This document shows positions 18,292 through 26,908 of a stretch of 32,000 nt of DNA, piece by piece; position 1 is the first letter of the stretch, and each line of letters begins with the position of its first letter. Source of the stretch: Dehalococcoidia bacterium. Lineage in GTDB: Bacteria; Chloroflexota; Dehalococcoidia; Lucifugimonadales; JADFKI01. The translations under genes were made by a program, and so were the position numbers. The stretch is taken from positions 3,491,436 to 3,523,435 of the forward strand of contig OY762409.1 of NCBI GenBank assembly GCA_963665605.1. Direction: 5' to 3'. Under the pieces are notes generated by a model. It saw only the letters and a program-made list of their open reading frames with translations, did no database searches and was not told the DNA's origin.

Positions 18292-18702
18292 TTTCTGTGC
18301 TCCAGAATTTCCGCTTGGTGAGTGGGTTACGAGATTCTGATTTATTGCCATTCCTTGTACCACTTTCTATGCGCAACCTTCTAGCGCCGCGATGCCAGCT
18401 TTCTTGTTACAAGTCAGTCTGTGCTCATGAGAAGGAATCAGAAGCGGGCTTCCGAATTTACAGCAGCAAACACCGCCCGATTGGAAATGACTGGTGAATC
18501 CGAGCGATGTTGAGAAGACATTAATTGCATAGCTCTCTCGCTGTTTCCGTTCCAGTGTGGCACTGGCACTATTGAATTAGGTCAAGTATATATGTTATGG
18601 GACAACATAAATCACATCTTCTGGTAAGTGTTCGCTGGCACAAAGTTCGCTGCCTATGTCTCCGGAAAGTTATATGAAGTTGGCAATTGAGGAGAATTAA
18701 CC

Positions 18703-20580
18703 ATGAAGCAAACTAAGTCCAAGCCGGCTGTCAGAAATTGGTCAACCATATCTATATTTGCGTCTATCACATTAGCGTTGATGTTCATCGCATACCTGCT
18801 GTCCTTCCCGGTGGCAAATGCCCAGACGAATAGGAGTCCGGTGGGTGCCTTGGAACGGGAGCTGAATGGTCATAGTTCGCTGAACGAGAGTGAGGAGGGA
18901 TTCGGGGGTGAGTACACTAGCCGGTCTGTGGCTAGCGGTTACCTTCATGATTCAGGTGATATTCAGAATGGTCGTGATACTGCTACTACTTACAAGGTTG
19001 AGCAATTGGAACAGAGTAACGCCACAGTTGCAATGCAGCTTACGCCAGTGCCGTCTGTCTCCGGCATCTCCATCTCTAGCGATTCTGGCAGCGACGGTAC
19101 GTATGCCACCGGAGACATCATTAAGGCGGCTGTTACCTTCGACGCCGCGGTGACCGTGGACACTACCGGCGGCACTCCGTACCTGGAGCTGACGCTAGGC
19201 AGCGACAGACAGAAGGCAACCTACTCTTCCATTAAATTGAGAAACACTGTCCTCATATTCACATACACCGTGGTCTCCTCTGACGACGATCAGGATGGGA
19301 TATCCGTTGTCGCCAACTCACTGGCGCTTGACGGTGGCACAATCGAGGCGAGGGGATCCGGCACGGATGCGCTGCTCGATCACACGGCGCTACCTGACCA
19401 GGGAGGTCACTTAGTCAACAAGATACCCAAGATAATTACGGACGGTATCGCAATTACCTCCACGCCTAAGGCAGCCGAAGACACATACGGGTTAGGAGAG
19501 ACGATCAAGGTCAGCGTACCGTTTGACTCCGTAGTGGTGGTAAGCGGTAACGACGTCATTCTGACCTTTATTGCTCGGTTCGGTGATGCGAACCATACCA
19601 ACCAGTCAAAGGCATTCTCCTACGTGGGAGGCTCAGGCACGAATACGCTAAACTTCGAACGCGTCGTAATCGCGATAGACGTGGACAGCGATGGCATTTA
19701 CGTGCCGAAATACCACTTGAATCTCCAGGGAGGCACGTTGACGCATGCCACCACCGGTCGCAATGCGGACTTGAGCTACGGCCTTCCCGGTCAGATGGGC
19801 GCGTTTCCTGAGCACAAGGTTGACGGAAGTCTGCTACCGCCTTCTTCGTTCGGACTTTGTGGGGCGCGTGTTGGCACGGGAAGCGGCTTCGTACTAGACG
19901 CGGAGCTGGACCTGTGCTGGGAAACCGGAGCAGAGATTCCGGCGCGTAATGACGTTGTAATCGAATCTCGTTACAGGATCTTCTGGTATGACGGCGACCC
20001 GTTCTCGGAGTGGCGCGAAACCGGGCGTGGAAACGACTTTACCGCATGCTCCCAGGGTCGAAGCGATTGCATAAAGTTCACTCATCGAGGATTGATGCGA
20101 GGCTCACCGGCAACCTATGAGATGCGGATTCGTGAGGGTGACAACGTGCTGTCAACTTCAGGACAGCTGGATGCACAAGCGCCAAACGAGAACGATGCAA
20201 TACTGAACGCGGAACTGTACGGCTGCTATGAAATGGGCGGCTTTAAGCCCTGCGGAAATGCTGCGCGGGGCGCGTTCTGGATGGAACTGACATTTACTGA
20301 CCCGGAGGTTGAAGCACTGTCTGTTGAAACCGTCATCGGCCTCGAACCTTCCGACTTCGAGATAACCAACGGCGGCGTGCTGGCCGTCCAGCCCTGGGAT
20401 GGCACGGTTTACAGGGTTATCGTTTTGCCGGGAACACTGGGCCAACCGGTGACAATCAGCCTGCCTGCGAATCGTGCGAAGGGTGTCGGCGAAGGTATTA
20501 GCGCTGACGGCGGCAATAACTACACAAGGGTTAACACAGCATCGAATGTGGTGACGCAGCAAACGGCAGAGCGGGAGTGA
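18703..20580 (+). CDS. Secreted or cell-surface protein with two tandem beta-sandwich-like repeats, a Cys-containing central region and a C-terminal Ig-like domain
   Basis: Signal peptide MKQTKSKP...LLSFPVANA|Q. Repeat 1 (about 19054-19416): DGTYATGDIIKAAVTFDAAVTV...LIFTYTVVSSDDDQDGISV...LALDGGTIEA. Repeat 2 (about 19432-19824): EDTYGLGETIKVSVPFDSVVVV...LNFERVVIAIDVDSDGIYV...LNLQGGTLTHA. C-terminus: PSDFEITNGGVLAV...YRVIVLP...PVTISLPAN. GAGGAG RBS. Confidence 0.85.
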   Translation: MKQTKSKPAVRNWSTISIFASITLALMFIAYLLSFPVANAQTNRSPVGALERELNGHSSLNESEEGFGGEYTSRSVASGYLHDSGDIQNGRDTATTYKVEQLEQSNATVAMQLTPVPSVSGISISSDSGSDGTYATGDIIKAAVTFDAAVTVDTTGGTPYLELTLGSDRQKATYSSIKLRNTVLIFTYTVVSSDDDQDGISVVANSLALDGGTIEARGSGTDALLDHTALPDQGGHLVNKIPKIITDGIAITSTPKAAEDTYGLGETIKVSVPFDSVVVVSGNDVILTFIARFGDANHTNQSKAFSYVGGSGTNTLNFERVVIAIDVDSDGIYVPKYHLNLQGGTLTHATTGRNADLSYGLPGQMGAFPEHKVDGSLLPPSSFGLCGARVGTGSGFVLDAELDLCWETGAEIPARNDVVIESRYRIFWYDGDPFSEWRETGRGNDFTACSQGRSDCIKFTHRGLMRGSPATYEMRIREGDNVLSTSGQLDAQAPNENDAILNAELYGCYEMGGFKPCGNAARGAFWMELTFTDPEVEALSVETVIGLEPSDFEITNGGVLAVQPWDGTVYRVIVLPGTLGQPVTISLPANRAKGVGEGISADGGNNYTRVNTASNVVTQQTAERE

Positions 20581-20694
20581 CGGGGGCAACTTGCCTTTTC
20601 ACTACTAACTGGAGCGTCTCTGAAACTGTACCCTGCTGACCGTGAACGGCCGCACCCGCCTGCATAATCAGCTGGACTAGGAAACCTTCAGATC

Positions 20695-20737
20695 TCACCG
20701 CCTAGGACGAGCAATTATTGAGCGTCCTGGGCGGTGA
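20695..20737. repeat. 43-bp near-perfect palindrome or hairpin (15-bp stem with one G-T pair, 13-nt loop)
   Basis: Paired by hand: 20695-20709 (TCACCGCCTAGGACG) against 20723-20737 (CGTCCTGGGCGGTGA). The loop AGCAATTATTGAG is itself partly palindromic (CAAT-T-ATTG). Neither side has a U-tract. It lies 115 bp after the surface-protein stop and 190 bp before the MBL-hydrolase start. Confidence 0.5.
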
Positions 20738-20927
20738 AGGATATAAGGTGTGTCCGCATGAGTGCAAAAGGTAGCCTGTATGCAGTATGCTTGCTGACCA
20801 TAGAGGGTGCGCAGTGAGGATCGGCGCAAATTGAACTTCCAATACAATGAAGCATAGACGCGCCGATGATGCGCTAATATGCGGCGGGTAAGGCGAAACA
20901 GGAGTCCACAGAAGAAGGAGTTTCCAA

Positions 20928-21770
20928 TTGACCACTACACCGGGAACCGAACTCATAGAACTTGAATCGGGCGTCTTCGCCCGGCTGCATGAAGGACTGA
21001 CAAACGCCGGGATTATAATCGGCGATGAAGGTGTGTTGGTAATAGACTCGCTGCGAGTCCCTTCATTCGCGCGAGACCTGATTCAGGACGTCAAGCACAT
21101 TACCGACAAGCCGATTCAGTACCTGGTGGACACCCACTCGCACTGGGACCACGCGTGGGGTAATGAGGAGTTTCCCGATGCCACGATCATCGGACACGAG
21201 AACTGCTACAACGAGATGGTGGACGTGGAATGGAACAGGGAGTGGCGCGAGAAGGTAGTAAGTTCCGGCGACCCGTGGTCCGAAGAAGCCGGACTGGTAA
21301 CGATTACACCTCCCAACCTCACCTTCGAGACTAGCATGAGACTCTACTTCGGCGGGAGAGAGCTGCATCTCAGGTACCTGGGTAGGGCGCACACCAGCGG
21401 CGATACTCACATCCAGCTGCCGGACGACGGCATTGTCTTCTGCGGGGATGTCGCGCAGGATGGCGGGCTTCCCTATTTCGGCGACAGCTACCCGAAGGAG
21501 TGGCCGGACACCGACGACCGGCTTGTCGGTCTGCCAGTCGAGCGGTTTGTCTCCGGACATGGTCCTGTCGGAGAGCATTCCGCGTTGGAGGAGGCGAGGG
21601 ACTTTATTTATGATCTCGTCGGCGCCCTGAAATCTGCGGCCAGCGAAGGCAGGAGCGCGCAGGAGGCATCTTCCTTGACAGTTGCCGCCTTGACTCCACG
21701 TTATGGAGGGTGGCGGAGTTTTGAACGCCTCGAAGAATCCTTGCCGGAGGTGTACGGCAAGCTCGCATAA
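20928..21770 (+). CDS. MBL-fold metallo-hydrolase
   Basis: HxHxDH motif DTHSHWDHAWG, later HTSGD and GHGP. TTG start preceded by GAAGGAG. Confidence 0.9.
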   Translation: MTTTPGTELIELESGVFARLHEGLTNAGIIIGDEGVLVIDSLRVPSFARDLIQDVKHITDKPIQYLVDTHSHWDHAWGNEEFPDATIIGHENCYNEMVDVEWNREWREKVVSSGDPWSEEAGLVTITPPNLTFETSMRLYFGGRELHLRYLGRAHTSGDTHIQLPDDGIVFCGDVAQDGGLPYFGDSYPKEWPDTDDRLVGLPVERFVSGHGPVGEHSALEEARDFIYDLVGALKSAASEGRSAQEASSLTVAALTPRYGGWRSFERLEESLPEVYGKLA

Positions 21771-21985
21771 CTCACGCTTTTGGTTCTAGCGGCGCGCTCC
21801 GTGTGCAGGGCGACAAATGCATGATTACCGCCGGCGTGGAGATCATCTGCAAGTCGGATGTGTAGGAATCCTCAAAACCGCTTTGAGTGTCGTCCTCTTG
21901 CGTCAAAGGGGCGGGGACAAACCCTACCACTGCGCCACTGGGTTCACATAAGATTCGCCCGCGAGTTTTCGTAGGATAGGCAGCG

Positions 21986-23488
21986 TCAATCGTCGCCTAT
22001 CTGATACCCCGTGATCCGTGCTTCATGGGCCGCATCCGCGTACTCGGCTCGCCTGGCAATTGCTTTGATCAGACCCTTGAATATCCAGCCGTGAATGGGA
22101 TAGAGCGAGTACCAGTAGAGCAGACCTGCCAGGCCCCTGGGACTAAAAACCGCCTTCTGCTCAAGTATAGTGATTCCTTCCTGGACCTCGCGAATGTCGA
22201 ACTGGAGCCATGCGTTGCCGGGCAGCTTCATCTCAGACCTCAGCCGCATGAATCGATCCGTCTCCAGCGCTTCCACCCGCCAGAGGTCAAGCGCGTCGCC
22301 AACTCGCAGGTCGTCCGGATGGCGGCGACCTCTACGCAGACCGACCCCACCAAGCATCAAGTCGATCATGCCTCGTAACCGCCAATCCCAATTTCCGAAA
22401 TACCACCCTCGCTTTCCGCCTATTCCTATACAAATCCCATACACATTCGTGGCAGATGCGGCAATATGGACACGGCGGCGTTCCACTATCAACCCATTGC
22501 GAAAGTCCAGTTGGACGAATTCATGAGGTTCCGAAGCACTTCCGACGGCATCCCTCCAGGAAGTCTCGACGCGTCCCTCGTCCAGTGCCCTCGTAACCTC
22601 TTCGATCGCCGAGTCATAGTCCTTTGGCACGATATGAGGAAAGAGAGTGCTAGCGAGACCGTCAGTCACAACAACGTCGTTGCGAAGTCCTTCGATCAGG
22701 GGTGCGGCGATTGAAGCGTGAATCGGGGTCATCCAATGCACCCAGTATGACGATAAGCGGGGAGTCAAGACTGGGACAGCTAGTAGCAGCCGCTTCAGCC
22801 CTCTCGCTTTTGCATATTTGAGTATCAGGTCCCGATAGGTCGTCACGCATCGACCACCAATCTCGATGACGCGGCCCTTGCTGCCCGGGACATTCAGGGC
22901 GGCAACAAGATAATCCAGAAGGTCATCGATGGCGATGGGTTGAATGCGGGAGTAGATCCATTTCGGGCACACCATGACGGGGAGTCGTTCGACAAGATGG
23001 CGGATGATTTCGAACGAGACACTTCCCGTCCCAACGATTACAGCAGCACGGAATTCGGTGACGTGTACGCTGCTCTCCCTAAGTGCCTGTCCGGACTCCT
23101 GACGGGAGCGCAGGTGCGTTGAGAGTTCGCCATCCGGCTCTCCCAATCCACCCAGATAGATGATGTGCCGGACGCCCGCCTCCTTCGCAGCGTGCCCAAA
23201 GGCGCGCGCGAGTTCAATGTCCAACTCGCGAAACCCTGGCCCACTTCCCATGCTGTGGATCAGGTAGTAGGCAGTATCTATACCATGCATCGCTTCCTGA
23301 AGTGCCCGAGAGTCTCTGACATCGCCCACGGAAACCTCGACCTGTCCTGCCCATGGACGGGACGCGATCCGAGACCTGCTGCGCACAAAGACACGAACGC
23401 TGTATCCTTCCTCAATCAGACGAGGAACCAGTCTCCCACCAATGTATCCCGTAGCTCCGGTGACAAGAATGTTCCTAGATCCTCCCAT
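21986..23488 (-). CDS. Atypical SDR (NAD(P)H-binding, NmrA-like) fused to a DUF2867 domain
   Basis: ILVTGATGYIGGRLVPRLIEEGYSVRVFVRS Rossmann region. C-terminal DUF2867 pattern LDLWRVEALETDRFMRLRSEMKLPGNAWLQFDI. The track start (23503) is TTG; the ATG at 23488 lies 7 nt after GGAGG. Confidence 0.9.
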   Translation of the reverse strand: MGGSRNILVTGATGYIGGRLVPRLIEEGYSVRVFVRSRSRIASRPWAGQVEVSVGDVRDSRALQEAMHGIDTAYYLIHSMGSGPGFRELDIELARAFGHAAKEAGVRHIIYLGGLGEPDGELSTHLRSRQESGQALRESSVHVTEFRAAVIVGTGSVSFEIIRHLVERLPVMVCPKWIYSRIQPIAIDDLLDYLVAALNVPGSKGRVIEIGGRCVTTYRDLILKYAKARGLKRLLLAVPVLTPRLSSYWVHWMTPIHASIAAPLIEGLRNDVVVTDGLASTLFPHIVPKDYDSAIEEVTRALDEGRVETSWRDAVGSASEPHEFVQLDFRNGLIVERRRVHIAASATNVYGICIGIGGKRGWYFGNWDWRLRGMIDLMLGGVGLRRGRRHPDDLRVGDALDLWRVEALETDRFMRLRSEMKLPGNAWLQFDIREVQEGITILEQKAVFSPRGLAGLLYWYSLYPIHGWIFKGLIKAIARRAEYADAAHEARITGYQIGDD

Positions 23489-23953
23489 CTGTCCACCTCC
23501 CAATTCCCGCGTTGGAGTGCCCCATCCAAAAATGCTGGATTGAAAATACCTGCTAACTCCTCTCGGATACTATGTCTGCTGTCTTGGTCTGAATGTATCT
23601 GAAGCGAATTCTATTCTTGGCTGCGCGCGCCATCTGCGATAGAAAGATGAACCGCGTTGTCCCACGTACAATGTGCCATATATCCATTATACCGACGCCC
23701 TTCGGTTCGAGTATGATCCGTATGGCAGTCGCAGATGGGATCGCTGTTGATCTCATTAGGTGGAGCGCCGTTCATAGCTATACGTTCATTCAATCTTCAA
23801 TTCAGAATCGGCGGCACGACGGATTGGAAATATGCGGAGCAGGGATGCGAATTCCTTGGTAGTGTCATGTCTGTATGATGTGATGGAGAATTGCCTGAAC
23901 AGTGAGCGAAACCAGAACCAACCGGCTAGGAAGCAGTATCAAAGGAGGAAGAC

Positions 23954-24745
23954 ATGGTCAGGTTAGGCGGATCGGCAACACCGGCTCATTTCGACGTGTT
24001 CCAGGGACTGGAGGAACTGTTTCGCCGCAAGGGAATAGACTTGGACTGGATCCTGTACTCGGACTACGACGCGATGGTGGACGCCTTTGTGAAGGGCGAC
24101 ATCGATCTGGCGTGGAACGGACCATTAGGGTACGTCAAGATCAAGCGCCTGCTCGACCGGCCGTGCCGAGTCATCGCGATGCGCGATGTTGACATTGACT
24201 TCGTTACTCAGTTCATCACTCACTCTGATTCGGACATCCTGACTGTCGAGGACCTTCCCGGAAGGCGATTCGCCTTCGGTCGCCGCAGTTCAGAGCAGGC
24301 AGGCCTGGTACCCTACTATATTCTGAAACAAGCCGGCCTGAACCCTGACAAAGACCTGGCGGTTGTCAGCTTCTACGAGGAACGTCAGTCACAGAACTCG
24401 TCGGACGAAAGGGATGTGGTGGAGCGCGTGGGCTCAGGAGAGTACGACGCTGGAGCGGTCAGCAAGAGAACGCTGGACCTGATGGCTGAAGACGGTAGCC
24501 TGTCAATTCAACCGGTTCGAGTGTTCTGGGCAAGCCCCGCCTATAGTCACTGCTGCTTCACCGCTCAGCGAGACATGGAACCCCAGCTAGCAGCCCAGAT
24601 CGAAGCTGCGTTCCTCGCCATTACGGGGTCTGATGAGGTTGAACAGGCAGTGCTGGAAGGTGAAGCCTGTGACAGCTTCGTCGCGGGCGTCGAAGAGGGC
24701 TGGGAAATAATAGAAGAGGCGGCGGTGTCCGAAGGGCTGATCTGA
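23954..24745 (+). CDS. PhnD-like (phosphonate/phosphite-type) periplasmic-binding-fold protein lacking a signal peptide
   Basis: DYDAMVDAFVKGDIDLAWNGPLGYV matches the PhnD-family core. The ATG lies 5 nt after AGGAGG, and the protein begins directly with beta-strand 1 (VRLGGSATP). It has no hydrophobic leader or lipobox, and no ABC permease or ATPase gene is adjacent. Confidence 0.8.
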   Translation: MVRLGGSATPAHFDVFQGLEELFRRKGIDLDWILYSDYDAMVDAFVKGDIDLAWNGPLGYVKIKRLLDRPCRVIAMRDVDIDFVTQFITHSDSDILTVEDLPGRRFAFGRRSSEQAGLVPYYILKQAGLNPDKDLAVVSFYEERQSQNSSDERDVVERVGSGEYDAGAVSKRTLDLMAEDGSLSIQPVRVFWASPAYSHCCFTAQRDMEPQLAAQIEAAFLAITGSDEVEQAVLEGEACDSFVAGVEEGWEIIEEAAVSEGLI

Positions 24746-24794
24746 ATTTCCTGGCTCTCTTGTGTGAGTCTCCGCGACCGTGAGACCTGCGCTA

Positions 24795-25511
24795 TCAGGA
24801 TGAGCAACAGATCGCATTGCAGGACCTCAGGCCAAAGAGGCAGGCGCGGCAGGAGCAGAGTTGCATCTCATCGTCGTCATCCTCGCCCTGAATACCTTCC
24901 AATCCCTCACGAACCAGCCATGGTACGAGCAGCAGGGCAGTTATAGCATCCAGCCACCACCATCCGAGCGTCGCGGTGGCTACCAGGCCAACGAGCAGGG
25001 TGAGAGAGAGGTACGAGCATGCGACAGTTTCCTTAGCCTCAATCGCGATAGATTGCAGATTTCCTTTCGCCGCAATCCGAAGTTTCCAGACGGCTATAAG
25101 AGGCATAAAGATCACTGATACCAGTGCAAGCGCAATGCCTACGAGCGACTCCTCGGCACCGCTCTGATCCACCAGCGCCCACACCGACCTGAATACTACG
25201 GCTGCCGATAGGACCAGGAAAGTCCAGCCGATGAATCGCACAATTCGATGCTCAACCGCTTCCGCGTACTCGGTGTCTGAAATGCCAAGCCTCCAGAGAA
25301 CGAGAGAAGCCGCCGCCACTTCTATGTAGCTGTCAGCGCCAAAGGCGACCAGCGCGATGCTGCCAGCGGCGATTCCCGACCAAAAGGCGATGACACCTTC
25401 CACAATGTTGTAGAGGATCGTCACCATTAGCAGCATTCTTGCGATCTTGATCAATGTGGTCGCTCTCCGAAGGATTTGCCGTTTCCAATACGCATCCCTA
25501 AGTCGCGTCAA
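24795..25511 (-). CDS. Cation-diffusion-facilitator-like membrane protein (TMD only) with a Cys-rich C-terminal tail
   Basis: LYNIVEGVIAFWSGIAAGSIALVAFGADSYIEV resembles CDF TM1-TM2, with DxxxE in place of H/DxxxD. It has 5-6 TM helices and ends ...GEDDDDEMQLCSCRACLFGLRSCNAICCSS. The track ORF (to 25631) overlaps the upstream SDR gene by 97 nt. Possible real starts are TTG 25511 or ATG 25436. Confidence 0.7.
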   Translation of the reverse strand: MTRLRDAYWKRQILRRATTLIKIARMLLMVTILYNIVEGVIAFWSGIAAGSIALVAFGADSYIEVAAASLVLWRLGISDTEYAEAVEHRIVRFIGWTFLVLSAAVVFRSVWALVDQSGAEESLVGIALALVSVIFMPLIAVWKLRIAAKGNLQSIAIEAKETVACSYLSLTLLVGLVATATLGWWWLDAITALLLVPWLVREGLEGIQGEDDDDEMQLCSCRACLFGLRSCNAICCSS

Positions 25512-25534
25512 CCTGCTGGCGTTTAATCGGAAAC

Positions 25535-26326
25535 CTACTGGTGGACGGCCCCGACGGCTCCGCCGCCTGCAGCTATCACCTCGCCAGTGACGCACTCTGC
25601 CTTGGGAGAAGCCAGGTAAGCCGTAAGCCACGCAAGTTCCTCAGGCGCGACCGGTCTGCGTATTGCCACGTTCTGCCCCACTTGGGCATTGACCTCATCA
25701 CGTGACACTCCCTGTTGCGCTGCTTGGTTGTCCAGCCGCTCATTTATCGTGTCCGTAAGCGTTAGTCCGGGATGAACGACATTCAGGGTAATCCCGTCCG
25801 GGCCAAGCTGGTCTGATAGCGTCTTGGTCATATGGACTACTGCAGCGTTGCGAAGCCCGTATATCGTGGACTGACGGGCCGACACTCCGCCGATGCTTAT
25901 GATGCGCCCCCACTTCTTCGCGCGCATATGGGGCACGACCGCCTTGATACTCCTGAAATACCCCACAACCTTGGTGTCGAGGTCTTCCATCAGGTCTTTC
26001 TCGTCCGCCTCGTCTATGGTGCCGCGCACCTGCCCGCCGACCATCGCCGCGCTGTTGACCAGAATATCTACCCCGCCAAGTTCGGAAACGGCAGTCTGTA
26101 CCATCCTCTGCACATCTTCCCAACTTGTGGTGTCTGCTGAAATAGTGACCACCTTTCGCCCAGTAGCCGACTTTATGTCCTTAGCTGCTTCGTCCAAAGT
26201 GTCCTGCGACCGTGCGGCTATGGCGACGCTCACGCCTTCCTCAGCAAGCGCAATAGCGATCGCTTTGCCAATGCCCTTGCTGCCACCAGTGATCAGCGCG
26301 GTCTTGCCTTCAAGTTCGAGATCCAT
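25535..26326 (-). CDS. Classical SDR-family oxidoreductase (FabG-like)
   Basis: LEGKTALITGGSKGIGKAIA (TGxxxGIG), NSAA, and the GGVSARQS...YGLRNAAV active-site region. The ATG at 26326 has AGGAG 8 nt upstream; the track start at 26347 is TTG. Confidence 0.9.
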   Translation of the reverse strand: MDLELEGKTALITGGSKGIGKAIAIALAEEGVSVAIAARSQDTLDEAAKDIKSATGRKVVTISADTTSWEDVQRMVQTAVSELGGVDILVNSAAMVGGQVRGTIDEADEKDLMEDLDTKVVGYFRSIKAVVPHMRAKKWGRIISIGGVSARQSTIYGLRNAAVVHMTKTLSDQLGPDGITLNVVHPGLTLTDTINERLDNQAAQQGVSRDEVNAQVGQNVAIRRPVAPEELAWLTAYLASPKAECVTGEVIAAGGGAVGAVHQ

Positions 26327-26652
26327 AAGTCTTACTCCTGTCTTCAATGCGAGCTGCGAAATTCCGAATAACGCAAGGTATAAAGCCTCTTGATGTCACT
26401 CGTCAAGCGAGTCAAAGACAGTGACATTCTTCCCGCACTAATATAGCAGGAAGCGTCAATCGTCGGGTAGTGCGGCCTGCCGCAATGGATGGGGGCTAGT
26501 GCCTTCTTACTCCAGATTGGAGGGCGGCGGCATGAATGGCCTGCCAACGCTCTGATGCCACTTCGCAGGAGGGACGTGCAAGATGCCGTCTGACCGAGAC
26601 TATTTCCCCAACCAGTGTGATATAAATGGACAGTGCCACAGCCTGCCATTCG

Positions 26653-26675
26653 CCTTAGCCCGAATCCACCGAAGT
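26653..26675. repeat. IS1380 terminal inverted repeat (end distal to the transposase start)
   Basis: CCTTAGCCCGAATCCACCGAAGT matches the reverse complement of 28338-28360 (CCTTAGCCCCGATCCACCGAAAT) at 20 of 23 positions, aligned by hand. Weaker similarity continues about 30 bp inward. Confidence 0.65.
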
Positions 26676-26908
26676 TCGCTATGGTGGCGCAGTAAAGGGA
26701 CATGTGAACCGGGGATGAGATCGTAAAGACGGATTTGGGCTAGATGGTGCCACTGGCGGTCTGCCAGCAAGCCTCCGTCAGCGGTGAAGAGGCGCATATG
26801 GAGTGTTCGGAGGCATCAGGGGACCCTTGCCGGTCCGTCCGAAGCGAGTTGAGCAGACCAGGGACTGGCTGGCGGATGAGGATGGGTCGGAAGGAGCGGT
26901 AGCCGCCG

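Noticed and set aside
20581-20610. Possible intrinsic terminator GGCA-ACT-TGCC-TTTT directly after the surface-protein stop
   Set aside because: The stem is only 4 bp and the loop 3 nt, which is too weak to call.
21982-21995. Exact 14-mer AGCGTCAATCGTCG, also present at 26452-26465
   Set aside because: A rough estimate gives a few exact 14-mer matches by chance in 32 kb counted on both strands. The flanks do not extend the match, and the second copy sits in a frame broken by stop codons.
23630-23738. 10-bp inverted repeat CCATCTGCGA / TCGCAGATGG separated by 89 bp, upstream of the PhnD-like gene
   Set aside because: An inverted repeat of this length and spacing is expected a few times by chance in 32 kb, and it has no supporting features.
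26344-26797. ORFs 26344-26703(-) and 26600-26797(-) between the SDR gene and the transposase
   Set aside because: Their sequences are not protein-like. One overlaps the SDR start and the other straddles the IS terminal repeat. I could not recognise any truncated gene in any frame.
26807-26826. First-pass candidate IS inverted repeat TCGGAGG... paired with 28310-28329
   Set aside because: Only 7 contiguous matches plus gapped similarity. It is superseded by the much better 20/23 terminal repeat pair at 26653-26675 and 28338-28360, and probably reflects subterminal repeat structure inside the IS.
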